From: an uncultured Dehalococcoidales bacterium
Lineage (GTDB): Bacteria > Chloroflexota > Dehalococcoidia > GIF9 > AB-539-J10
DNA: 50,436 bases
Assembly: GCA_964345725.1 (NCBI GenBank)
Contig: CAYFSE010000098.1
Coordinates: forward strand, 1-50,436
Direction: 5' to 3'
Position numbers and translations under genes: made by a program. The notes beneath the pieces are model-generated. The model was given only the letters and a program-made list of their open reading frames with translations, had not been told where the DNA came from and did not search any database. The number at the start of each line of letters is the position of its first letter. Positions within the stretch are counted from its first letter, which is position 1. Shown in pieces: positions 1-8,032 of the stretch.

Positions 1-399
1 ACTTGTCTTCTAGGCTATTCCAGGGAAGAAATAATCGGGACAAATTTCAGAGCGTTCACACCTGAAGAGAGCGTGAACACTGTTCTTGAAGCCTACCATC
101 GCGTGTATAAGACCGGTGAGCCATTGAGGAATTTCGTTGACGAGGTTATTAATAAAGACGGGAGCCACGGATTTGCCGAAACGTCGGCCTTCCCGATTAG
201 AAACGACAGAGGTGAAATCGTCGGCTTCCGGGGAGTGCGACGCGACATCACCGGACGCAAACGGATGGAGGAAGCGCTGCGGCACTCGGAGGAGAAGTAT
301 CGCACCATACTGGAGGATATGGAAGATGCCTATTTCGAGGTGGACCTTGGGGGACACCTCACCTTTGTCAGTAATTCGGTGTGCCGCGACCTCGGCTAG
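1..399 (+). CDS. Multi-PAS sensor protein, 5'-truncated fragment. It ends at an in-frame TAG and is in the same frame as the kinase ORF that follows.
   Basis: Frame 1 is open from base 1 (TCLLGYSREEIIGTNFRAFTPEE...). The PAS hallmark GFAETSAFPIRNDRGEIVGFRGVRRDITGRKRMEEAL is repeated almost verbatim in the next ORF. Stop TAG at 397-399. Confidence 0.8.
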   Translation, partial: TCLLGYSREEIIGTNFRAFTPEESVNTVLEAYHRVYKTGEPLRNFVDEVINKDGSHGFAETSAFPIRNDRGEIVGFRGVRRDITGRKRMEEALRHSEEKYRTILEDMEDAYFEVDLGGHLTFVSNSVCRDLG

Positions 400-411
400 G
401 CAAGGGAAGAG

Positions 412-1731
412 TTGATGGGAAAGAGTTATAAGGCCTTTACAGCAGAGGAAGATATGGAATCATTGTTTCGGGTTTTCAACGAAGTGTATCGGACTGGTGT
501 GCCGAACAAGGGCTTCCCTTGGAAGACCGTCCGCAAAGACGGCACCGGTGGGTTTGCTGAAACATCGATCTCTCTTCTAAGAAATGACAAGGGTGAGACC
601 ATCGGGTTCCGCGGTGTGGGGCGTGATATCACCGAGCGTAAGAAGGTGGACGAAGCGCTCAGAATGGCAGCGGAGGAATGGAGCAGAACATTTGATTCCA
701 TCAGCGACCCTGTCTCTATTCACGATAAAGACTTTCGGATTCAGCGTGCTAATAAGGCATTTGCAGATCTTTTTGGAGGGAGCCTCCATGAAGTCATCGG
801 TAGTCACTGCTATGAGTTGCACAAAGGAAATGAACCCAGATTTGGTTGCCCTCACCAGCATACACTGACTAGTGGCAAGCCAGCGGCGGCAGAGTTCTAC
901 GAATCCCACTTGGGAAAACACCTCCTCGAGTCAACATCGCCGATTTTTAATGACCGAGGTGAAACCGTCGGCGCTGTGCATATTACGAGAGATATTACTG
1001 AGCAGAAGCGACAGAATGAGCGACTCATGATGACTGAGCGGCTAGCTTCTATCGGTGAACTGGCAGCCGGGGCTGCCCACGAACTCAACAACCCACTCAC
1101 GAGCATTATTGGCATCTCCCGGTTGCTTATGGAGAGCGAGGTGCCCGACGACATCCGCAAGGACCTGGAGCTTATCAATAGCGAGGCTCAGCGCGCTGCC
1201 GATGTAACGAGCAACCTCCTTACATTTGCCCGGAAGCACAGACCGGTGAAGGAACCCACTCAGGTCAACGACATCATTGAGGACGTGGTCAAATTGCGAG
1301 CCTATGCCCACAAATCAAATTGTATCGTGGTTGAGAGACATCTTGCCCTTGATCTTCCTGAAGTTCCGGTTGACAGTTTCCAGATGCAGCAAGTCTTTCT
1401 CAACATCGTTATCAACGCCGAATATTTCATGACGCAGGCACATAGCAGAGGAACGCTAACCATTACCACTAAAAGACAGAAGGGTAGCGTAAGGGTTTCA
1501 TTCGCTGATGATGGCCCCGGTATCCATCGGGAGAATCTGGGGCGGATATTCGACCCTTTCTTCACTACGAAAGAAGCAGGCAAGGGAACCGGCCTTGGGT
1601 TGAGCATTTGCCATGGGATAGTTGCCGCCCACGGCGGGCAGATGTACGCTAGGAGTCAGCCAGGCAAGGGAGCCACCATTTTTGTCGAACTGCCTACTAA
1701 CGGTAGCAACGATGTTGAGGCTATACTATGA
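412..1731 (+). CDS. PAS-PAS sensor histidine kinase (HisKA + HATPase_c)
   Basis: 439-aa ORF with PAS modules, H-box AAHELNNPLTSI, N-box NIVINAEYF, G1 DDGPGI and G2 GKGTGLGLSI. The track start at 412 is TTG, with an ATG at 415. The TGA stop overlaps the next start (ATGA). Confidence 0.9.
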   Translation: MMGKSYKAFTAEEDMESLFRVFNEVYRTGVPNKGFPWKTVRKDGTGGFAETSISLLRNDKGETIGFRGVGRDITERKKVDEALRMAAEEWSRTFDSISDPVSIHDKDFRIQRANKAFADLFGGSLHEVIGSHCYELHKGNEPRFGCPHQHTLTSGKPAAAEFYESHLGKHLLESTSPIFNDRGETVGAVHITRDITEQKRQNERLMMTERLASIGELAAGAAHELNNPLTSIIGISRLLMESEVPDDIRKDLELINSEAQRAADVTSNLLTFARKHRPVKEPTQVNDIIEDVVKLRAYAHKSNCIVVERHLALDLPEVPVDSFQMQQVFLNIVINAEYFMTQAHSRGTLTITTKRQKGSVRVSFADDGPGIHRENLGRIFDPFFTTKEAGKGTGLGLSICHGIVAAHGGQMYARSQPGKGATIFVELPTNGSNDVEAIL

Positions 1732-2804
1732 AACAGACTGACCCCACCGGGAATGGTATTCCGATGCGCGAAACACTACTTATCGTCGATGACGAAGGAG
1801 CAGTCAGGAGAGTGCTTTGCCTGAAACTATCGAGAGAAGGGTACAGATGCGAAGAGGCAAATGACGCCGAGCAGACCCTCTCTGTGCTGGAAACCGTTCC
1901 AATCGCTCTGGTTGTTCTGGATATCAAAATGCCGGGTAGATCAGGGATTGACCTGCTCCCGGAAATAAAGGCAGGCTACCCTGACACAGGTGTTATTATG
2001 GCTACGGCTGTCAATGACGTTGACGTGGCCGTCCAATGTATGAAACAGGGAGCTGACGACTACGTCTGCAAGCCTTTCAATCTCGAGGAAGTTTCCCTGG
2101 CAGTCCAGAGAGCTCTTGAGAAAAGGCGCCTGCAACTCGAGTTGAGGGAATACCAGCAGTTTCTGGAGGAAAAAGTTGAAGAGCAAATGATAGGCACGAG
2201 AAGACTCTTCCTTGGCGCCATGGAGGCACTGGTATCGGCCCTCGAGGCTAAAGACAAATACACCGGTGGACATTCCCGTCGGGTGACCGACATAGCATTG
2301 GCCATCGGCAAACAACTCGGACTATCTACGCAGGAGATGGAAGATCTGCGCTGGGGAAGCCTGCTTCACGACATCGGGAAGATTGCCATTCATGAGGTCA
2401 TCCAGAATAAGCCTGGCAGCCTGACGCCCCAAGAATACGAGCACATTATGACCCATTCCCAGATTGGCGCCCGCATCGTGCGGCCGGTGGTCAACGGGAA
2501 AACAACTGAGATTATCGAGCACCATCACGACCATTATGATGGCAGTGGACTTCACCAGGTTGTGGCCGGCCGCGACATACCCCTGGGGGCGAGAGTCATC
2601 GCTGTGGCCGATGCCTTCGATGCTATGACCTCGGACCGGCCATATCGCGCGGCAATGTCAATCGCGCAAGGCCTAGAGGAAATCAAGCGTTGTGCTGGTG
2701 TCCAGTTTGATCCGATTATAGTCGCGGTGTTCCTTAAGACGGTCGGGACGGCAACGTCACAGGTTGCAGAATCTCAAAGTGGTGCCCCCGACGGTCAGGT
2801 CTAA
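1728..2804 (+). CDS. Response regulator, REC domain fused to an HD-GYP-type HD domain (c-di-GMP phosphodiesterase family, GYP motif degenerate)
   Basis: 358-aa ORF. REC motifs LLIVDDEGAVRR and VVLDIKMPGRSG, then YTGGHSRRV, LLHDIGKI, HHHDHYDGSG and ADAFDAMTSDRPYR. ATGA overlap with the kinase gene. Confidence 0.9.
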   Translation: MKQTDPTGNGIPMRETLLIVDDEGAVRRVLCLKLSREGYRCEEANDAEQTLSVLETVPIALVVLDIKMPGRSGIDLLPEIKAGYPDTGVIMATAVNDVDVAVQCMKQGADDYVCKPFNLEEVSLAVQRALEKRRLQLELREYQQFLEEKVEEQMIGTRRLFLGAMEALVSALEAKDKYTGGHSRRVTDIALAIGKQLGLSTQEMEDLRWGSLLHDIGKIAIHEVIQNKPGSLTPQEYEHIMTHSQIGARIVRPVVNGKTTEIIEHHHDHYDGSGLHQVVAGRDIPLGARVIAVADAFDAMTSDRPYRAAMSIAQGLEEIKRCAGVQFDPIIVAVFLKTVGTATSQVAESQSGAPDGQV

Positions 2805-2951
2805 GAGCAGAGAGGCGCTGCCACGTATGATGACATCTAGCGCGTCATTGGCAAAAGGCCCGATGCATGCCCACTTATCCTCTCGAAGTGACTTCCTACA
2901 CAAGAATAGATTAGCCACACGTCGCCAGCGTGGAGCCACAGCTTCGCCGTC

Positions 2952-2980
2952 TTGACACATAGCCGACTCATGAGGATAAT
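2952..2980 (+). promoter_or_regulatory. Candidate sigma70-type promoter (TTGACA-17 nt-GATAAT) immediately upstream of the P-loop kinase gene
   Basis: TTGACA at 2952-2957, a 17-nt spacer and GATAAT at 2975-2980. The first ATG (2989) lies only about 9 nt after the -10 element, so the mRNA could be leaderless or have a very short leader. Confidence 0.35.
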
Positions 2981-3573
2981 TGGGGTGCATGGCAAGTAGC
3001 TTATGCGAAGACATAGAGAAACTAAGACGGAGTCTTAACGACTTACCTGAACCCCAAGTGGGGTCTCGACTGATAGTGGTAAGTGGGTTGCCAGGCACTG
3101 GTAAGTCTTTTTTCTGTCGCAAGGTCGCTGAGAAGTTGCCTTTCCTGATCCTAACAAGCGATACTTTGCGCAAAGTCTTGTTTCCAACCCCTCGGCATAA
3201 CGAACAGGAGAACAAGCGGCTTTTCTCTGCTTGCCATGTTCTCGTCGAAGAGCTTCTAACGAAGGGAATACCTGTTATTTTTGATGCCACAAACTTATTG
3301 GAGCACCATCGAGAATATCTCTACCGCGCCGCCGAAAGAGCCGGAGCTAGGCTCATCCTGGTCTGGGTTGAGGCTTCCCCGGAAGTGGTGCGACAACGTC
3401 TTCTCGCTCGAGAAAGAACAGCCGTGCCTGAGTGTGACTCAGAAGCCGGTTGGGACGTATATAATAAGATGAAGCCTCGAAGGGAAAGGATTTCCCGCAA
3501 TCACCTTGTGGTCGACACCTCTCAGGATATTACTGCCGCAGTCGATAAGATTGTCCGAGCAACAAGTAGATAA
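2980..3573 (+). CDS. P-loop NTPase/kinase (AAA_33 / zeta-toxin-like kinase fold), substrate unknown
   Basis: 197-aa ORF with Walker A GLPGTGKS and a FDATN Walker B-like segment. The track start at 2980 is TTG, and the ATG at 2989 is an alternative. Confidence 0.7.
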   Translation: MGCMASSLCEDIEKLRRSLNDLPEPQVGSRLIVVSGLPGTGKSFFCRKVAEKLPFLILTSDTLRKVLFPTPRHNEQENKRLFSACHVLVEELLTKGIPVIFDATNLLEHHREYLYRAAERAGARLILVWVEASPEVVRQRLLARERTAVPECDSEAGWDVYNKMKPRRERISRNHLVVDTSQDITAAVDKIVRATSR

Positions 3574-3719
3574 AGAGCAGAAATTTCCTCGCCAACCTCT
3601 TCAATTCTCCATCCAAATAAAGTAAAATGAGTGTTCCAGAATCTACATATTTGAATGACCCTGCGAAAGGTCCTTTGAATTTGGGGCGACCCGGGGTGAA
3701 TTAGGACTGGACTGACCTG

Positions 3720-5282
3720 GTGCCCACGAAAACAGACTCATTTTCGCGAGGTGCCTTGGCGGGAGGAAATTTGGAGATTAGAGTCATAGCTGGAGACATA
3801 GCTCAAATTGAAGCTGATGCTGTTGTGGTCAACCTTTTTGAAGGTGTGGAACAGCCGGCCGGCGCTACTGCCGCTGTGGATGAGACCTTGGACGGAGCTA
3901 TTGGCTCTCTTATCAGCGGAGGCGAGGTTAAGGGCAAGTTTGAGGAGGTTGGCATTGTACATACCTTTGGGAAGCTGCCTGCAAGGATCGTCGCTGTCGT
4001 CGGGCTAGGCAAGCGCGAGGATTTTAATGTCGATAAGATTCGCAGGGTGACTGGACAGTTCTGTCGGGCATTGCGCAAGTTGAATTGCCGCAAGATAGCC
4101 ACAATACTCCATGGCGGTGGTGCAGGCAGTATTCAACCCGCAACTTCAGCTCAAGCAATAGCTGAAGGCGCTATTCTCGGACTTTATGGATTCAGCAGAT
4201 ACAAGAAGCCTGAATATGAAGATGTCGAGGAAATGCTCATAGTAGTAAAAGACGAGGAAGAGGTCCCAATAGTAGAGTCGGCCATTGCCAAGGGGAAGAC
4301 AATAGCTTTGGCCACCAATATGGCGCGAGATATGGTCAACGAACCCGCTAACTACATGACACCTAGCCAGATGGCCGAAATAGCTAAAGAAACAGCTAGT
4401 AAGTATGATTTGGAGTTCAAAGTCTTAGATCGCGATGACATGGAAGCGATGGGCATGGGAGCACTCTTAGCGGTGGCTAGAGGAAGCAATCAATCCCCCA
4501 AGCTAATAACTCTCAGCTATAGAGGGGATGAACGTTCTCAAAAAGCCACGGGCTTTCTGGGCAAGGGCATAACGTTTGATTCCGGCGGAATCTCGATTAA
4601 ACCATCCGAGGGAATGGAGGATATGAAAGGTGACATGGCTGGTGCTGCGGCGGTTATGACAGCGGTTGGGGCTATTGCCCAGTTGAAACCGAAGATCAAT
4701 GTCACCGCCGTTATTCCGGCTACTGAGAACCTGCCCAGTAGCGCTGCCTTGAAACCAGGGGATGTGTTGAAGGCAATGAACGGCAAAACCATAGAAGTGA
4801 TAAGCACCGATGCCGAAGGAAGGCTTATCCTAGCTGATGCCCTGAGTTATGCCGTAAAACAAGGTCTAGCTCCTTTGATAGATTTAGCTACCTTGACTGG
4901 AGCCTGCCGTGTTGCTTTGGGCCTCCTTTACGGCGGCGTCTTTGGCAGTGACCAAGACCTTGTAGATAAAGTCCTCAAAGCTGCGGAAACAACCGGCGAG
5001 AGAATGTGGCAAATGCCCGTGGCCGAGGAGTACAAGGAGCAGATCAGAAGCGAAATTGCCGATGTTAAGAATACCGGCAACAATAGGTACGGTGGAGCCA
5101 TCACCGCTGCCCTCTTCCTGGCTGAATTTGTTGATAACTCCCCTTGGGTTCACATTGACATAGCCGGACCGCGACTCTCCAAGAAGGAGAGCGGATACAC
5201 CGTGAAAGGGGCTACCGGGTTCGGCGTCAGGACTTTGGTCGAATTAGCTTTGACTGAGGCTAAGAATCGGGAGGCCGCATGA
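3720..5282 (+). CDS. pepA: Leucyl aminopeptidase, M17 family
   Basis: 520-aa ORF with GKGITFDSGG, MKGDMAGAA and the M17 signature region ISTDAEGRLILADAL. GTG start. Confidence 0.9.
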   Translation: MPTKTDSFSRGALAGGNLEIRVIAGDIAQIEADAVVVNLFEGVEQPAGATAAVDETLDGAIGSLISGGEVKGKFEEVGIVHTFGKLPARIVAVVGLGKREDFNVDKIRRVTGQFCRALRKLNCRKIATILHGGGAGSIQPATSAQAIAEGAILGLYGFSRYKKPEYEDVEEMLIVVKDEEEVPIVESAIAKGKTIALATNMARDMVNEPANYMTPSQMAEIAKETASKYDLEFKVLDRDDMEAMGMGALLAVARGSNQSPKLITLSYRGDERSQKATGFLGKGITFDSGGISIKPSEGMEDMKGDMAGAAAVMTAVGAIAQLKPKINVTAVIPATENLPSSAALKPGDVLKAMNGKTIEVISTDAEGRLILADALSYAVKQGLAPLIDLATLTGACRVALGLLYGGVFGSDQDLVDKVLKAAETTGERMWQMPVAEEYKEQIRSEIADVKNTGNNRYGGAITAALFLAEFVDNSPWVHIDIAGPRLSKKESGYTVKGATGFGVRTLVELALTEAKNREAA

Positions 5283-5926
5283 AAGTAAAGTGGTTAGGTC
5301 ATGCTTGTTTTTTGATTATCTCCAAAAGTGGTCTCAATGTAATTACTGACCCTTACGCTGTGGGTGGGGGAATCGATTATTCTCCCATAAGGGAAATCGC
5401 CGACATTGTTATCGTGAGCCATGACCACGGCGACCACAACAACGTTTCCGCAGTCCAGGGCAAACCAGAAGTGGTCAAAGGTAGCGGCACAAGAACTGCC
5501 AAAGGGATTAAGTTTACAGGCATTGCCACTTCTCACGATGCCGCTCAGGGCATGCAGAGAGGACCTAACACCGTCTTTTGTTTCACCATCGATGGCCTGA
5601 ACCTTTGCCACCTCGGTGACTTGGGACATGTGCTTAGCCAAAGACAGGCCACTGAAATCGGCGCCGTAGACATACTGTTTGTTCCTGTAGGGGGCTTCTT
5701 CACTATTGATGCCACCGTCGCTAGCCAAGTATGTGACCAATTAAGGCCAAGAATAGCCATTCCCATGCATTTTAAGACGCCTAAGTGTGCCTATCCAATA
5801 GCCGGTGTCGACGACTTCCTCAAGGGCAAGAAAGGTGTGAGAAAGGTGGTTGGTAGTGAAGTGGAGTTCGAGCGCGAAGACGTCCTGACCGGCGCCCAAA
5901 TTGTGCTATTGCAGCCAGCTTTATAG
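5279..5926 (+). CDS. Metallo-beta-lactamase-fold metal-dependent hydrolase (UPF0173-like)
   Basis: 215-aa ORF. The N-terminus MKVKWLGHACF and the HDHGDH metal motif are present. ATGA overlap with pepA. Confidence 0.85.
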   Translation: MKVKWLGHACFLIISKSGLNVITDPYAVGGGIDYSPIREIADIVIVSHDHGDHNNVSAVQGKPEVVKGSGTRTAKGIKFTGIATSHDAAQGMQRGPNTVFCFTIDGLNLCHLGDLGHVLSQRQATEIGAVDILFVPVGGFFTIDATVASQVCDQLRPRIAIPMHFKTPKCAYPIAGVDDFLKGKKGVRKVVGSEVEFEREDVLTGAQIVLLQPAL

Positions 5927-5936
5927 GTATTGAGAT

Positions 5937-6689
5937 TTGGCCGCTGATATGAAGCCCACAATTGTCAAAGATTCAGACTTCGTGTTTGCCCCGCCTCCAC
6001 AGCTGGCTTGGGCAAGGCGAGTTTTGATCAAACCCTGTGCCGGGTATCCCTTGCCGTATCCCATAACTACGAGTCCGAGATTGTTGAATGCTGTTATCAA
6101 GGGCATTAGAAGAATCAGTAATGCAGACATCCTCATTGCGGATGGCACCTCTAGCGGCGAATCGATCTATCCAATATATCAAGCTTTGGGATACAACTTC
6201 CATCACGTGCTTATGCTTGATATCAGGGATTCAATTTTCATAGAGGTTCAAAATCCTCTGACTGAGTTCTACGCTGTTGAGAGTTTCTGGGTGCCCAATG
6301 TGGTGCTGCGCAGCGACTTCCTAATCAGCGTTACGCCCTTCAAAGTATCTGGCAGCGCTGGGCACTTCAGTGTGGCAAATCTTCTCAGTCTCTTGCCGGT
6401 GAGCAAGTACAGAAAGGGCAAATCGCGGGGCTGGGGAACTCTGTACCAGTTAGGGATTGAAAAGGTCCTTGCTGACCTCTATTTCACGTTGCCCTTTGAT
6501 TTGGGCATTATCGAAGCCCGTCAGAAGTTCTCCTATACCGATGATCCCCGAAAAGGGGAAGTGGAGGATTATGGTAAAATCCTGATCGGCGAACCTCACG
6601 AGATTGACCTTAAGGCTTCTCAAGTAGCGGGAGTTGACTGTGAGCACTTAGGACTGATTAGCCAAGGCAGAGTGCAGCTTGAGGACTGA
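5937..6689 (+). CDS. Hypothetical protein, possibly DUF362-like
   Basis: 250-aa ORF. The track start is TTG at 5937, and the ATG at 5949 is more likely. The pattern VLIKPCAGYP...TTSPRLLNAVIKGI...ILIADG resembles DUF362 proteins from memory only. Confidence 0.55.
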   Translation: MAADMKPTIVKDSDFVFAPPPQLAWARRVLIKPCAGYPLPYPITTSPRLLNAVIKGIRRISNADILIADGTSSGESIYPIYQALGYNFHHVLMLDIRDSIFIEVQNPLTEFYAVESFWVPNVVLRSDFLISVTPFKVSGSAGHFSVANLLSLLPVSKYRKGKSRGWGTLYQLGIEKVLADLYFTLPFDLGIIEARQKFSYTDDPRKGEVEDYGKILIGEPHEIDLKASQVAGVDCEHLGLISQGRVQLED

Positions 6690-6747
6690 GAAGATTTGGA
6701 TTTCCAGCTGCCATTCTGATTCCCGACCCTTGACCTCTGATTCTCTG

Positions 6748-7032
6748 CTAATATCTTACGCTAAAATTGTCGAAATCCCCTGTATTATCCGACCAATCTA
6801 TCTCGACTCTCTTGACCCGGGCTCCCGGCGGGCCTTTCTTAAGTTGCTCCAGCAGCCTATCCAACTGCGCCTTCTGTCCTTCAGCCTTGATTTCCACGGC
6901 ATCGCCGCTGGCAAGGTTGCGAACATAGCCTTTCAGACCCAGATCCCTGGCCGCATTCCGAACAAAGTAGCGAAAATAGACACCTTGAACCCGTCCGAAC
7001 ACTGCAACCGATAGACGTGCTACATCAGCCAT
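6748..7032 (-). CDS. acyP: Acylphosphatase
   Basis: 94-aa ORF with VQGVYFRYFVRNAARDLGLKGYVRNL and GDAVEIKAEG, which are classic acylphosphatase signatures. GAGGG lies upstream of the ATG. Confidence 0.9.
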   Translation of the reverse strand: MADVARLSVAVFGRVQGVYFRYFVRNAARDLGLKGYVRNLASGDAVEIKAEGQKAQLDRLLEQLKKGPPGARVKRVEIDWSDNTGDFDNFSVRY

Positions 7033-7098
7033 CTCTTACCCTCAGTTACTCCTTTTTGTTGTCTGCTATCTTCTCATTCCTGGGCGGTCTTTTCGTTC

Positions 7099-7374
7099 TC
7101 ACAGAATGGACAGAGGCTCCGTAGGGTAGATTCTATCCAGTCGACTCAGCCCCGCCTCCTGGGCAAAAGACAATGCTTCTTGGAATTCTGCAGATGATAT
7201 TCGTCGCCTCAGATCGGCAATTTGAAGAGCTTTGTAGCAGGGACGGTATTGAGCCATAACATTCACATACGTGTCGCGGGAAATTTCTTCGCTGAGAAAA
7301 CGCACTATCCTTTTTGTTCCTGCCAAACCGCGAGGCAGGACCAGGTGCCGAACTAGGAGTCCTCTCTGAGCCAC
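7099..7374 (-). CDS. PflX-like radical SAM protein, C-terminal fragment (in frame with 7378-8028)
   Basis: The 91-aa segment starts RGLLVRHLVLPRGLAGT..., typical of the C-terminal part of COG1313/PflX-type radical SAM enzymes. Its track start is a GTG one codon after the in-frame TAG. Confidence 0.8.
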   Translation of the reverse strand: MAQRGLLVRHLVLPRGLAGTKRIVRFLSEEISRDTYVNVMAQYRPCYKALQIADLRRRISSAEFQEALSFAQEAGLSRLDRIYPTEPLSIL

Positions 7375-7377
7375 TCC

Positions 7378-8028
7378 CTATTCGTTTATCTCCAGGTCAC
7401 CTGTTTGGCGGTGCATTTCTTTGACTGCTGCTTTATTTACCTCAGGATAGTTTCTAATACCCGACAACTCTCTGGCTGTCTCCTCATCATCATATTTCAT
7501 GTCCGGCATATAAATGTCAACGATGCCGTCTAGTATCTTCAAGGTGTCGACAGAGTCATAGCCGCCGCTGTTATACACTAAGGGTAGTTGCAGGCCTGAT
7601 TCCGCCGCCATTTCGAGTGCTTCCAGAATCTGGGGAACTACGTGGGTTGGAGACACCAGGTTTATATTGTGGCATCCTTCTTTTTGAAGTGAAAGCATTA
7701 TGTAAGATAGCTCTGCCTTGTCAACTTTCTGACCTTCGCCTAGCTGGCTAATGGGATAGTTCTGGCAGAACACACACGCAAGGTTACAGTTAGCGAAGAA
7801 TATTGTGCCCGAACCGTGCCTGCCCACCAACGGACTTTCCTCGCCGAAGTGAGCCCCGTAGCTGGACACTACTGCTTGCCGAGATGTTCGGCACCTTCCT
7901 ATATCGCCAGCTACCCGATTCACCCCACAGCCGCAGGGACACAGGGAGCAGCTCTCCAGTAAAGACAAGGCCATCCCTACCCGTTCCCGCAGCTTGCCAC
8001 GACGGTACAGTTCCCAGTAAGCTACCAA
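7378..8028 (-). CDS. PflX-like radical SAM protein, N-terminal fragment ending at in-frame TAG
   Basis: 216 aa. The radical SAM CX3CX2C motif is within CNLACVFCQNY, and there is an N-terminal Cys cluster CSLCPCGCGVNR. TTG start with GAGGAA 7 nt upstream. Stop TAG at 7378-7380. Confidence 0.85.
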   Translation of the reverse strand: MVAYWELYRRGKLRERVGMALSLLESCSLCPCGCGVNRVAGDIGRCRTSRQAVVSSYGAHFGEESPLVGRHGSGTIFFANCNLACVFCQNYPISQLGEGQKVDKAELSYIMLSLQKEGCHNINLVSPTHVVPQILEALEMAAESGLQLPLVYNSGGYDSVDTLKILDGIVDIYMPDMKYDDEETARELSGIRNYPEVNKAAVKEMHRQTGDLEINE

Positions 8029-8032
8029 CTGG

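Noticed and set aside
2757-3290. 177-aa minus-strand ORF overlapping the P-loop kinase gene. Similar long antisense or alternate-frame ORFs lie at 9943-10530, 25873-26457, 38765-39232 and 41361-41852.
   Set aside because: Each lies entirely inside a well-supported gene with clear family motifs on the other strand or frame. Their translations are low-complexity (Ser/Arg/Pro-rich) with no recognisable motifs, so they are shadow ORFs.
5924-5947. Read-through of the MBL-hydrolase TAG stop as a third amber case.
   Set aside because: Read-through would add only 6 residues before a TGA, and the protein already has full family length. There is no evidence the TAG is internal.
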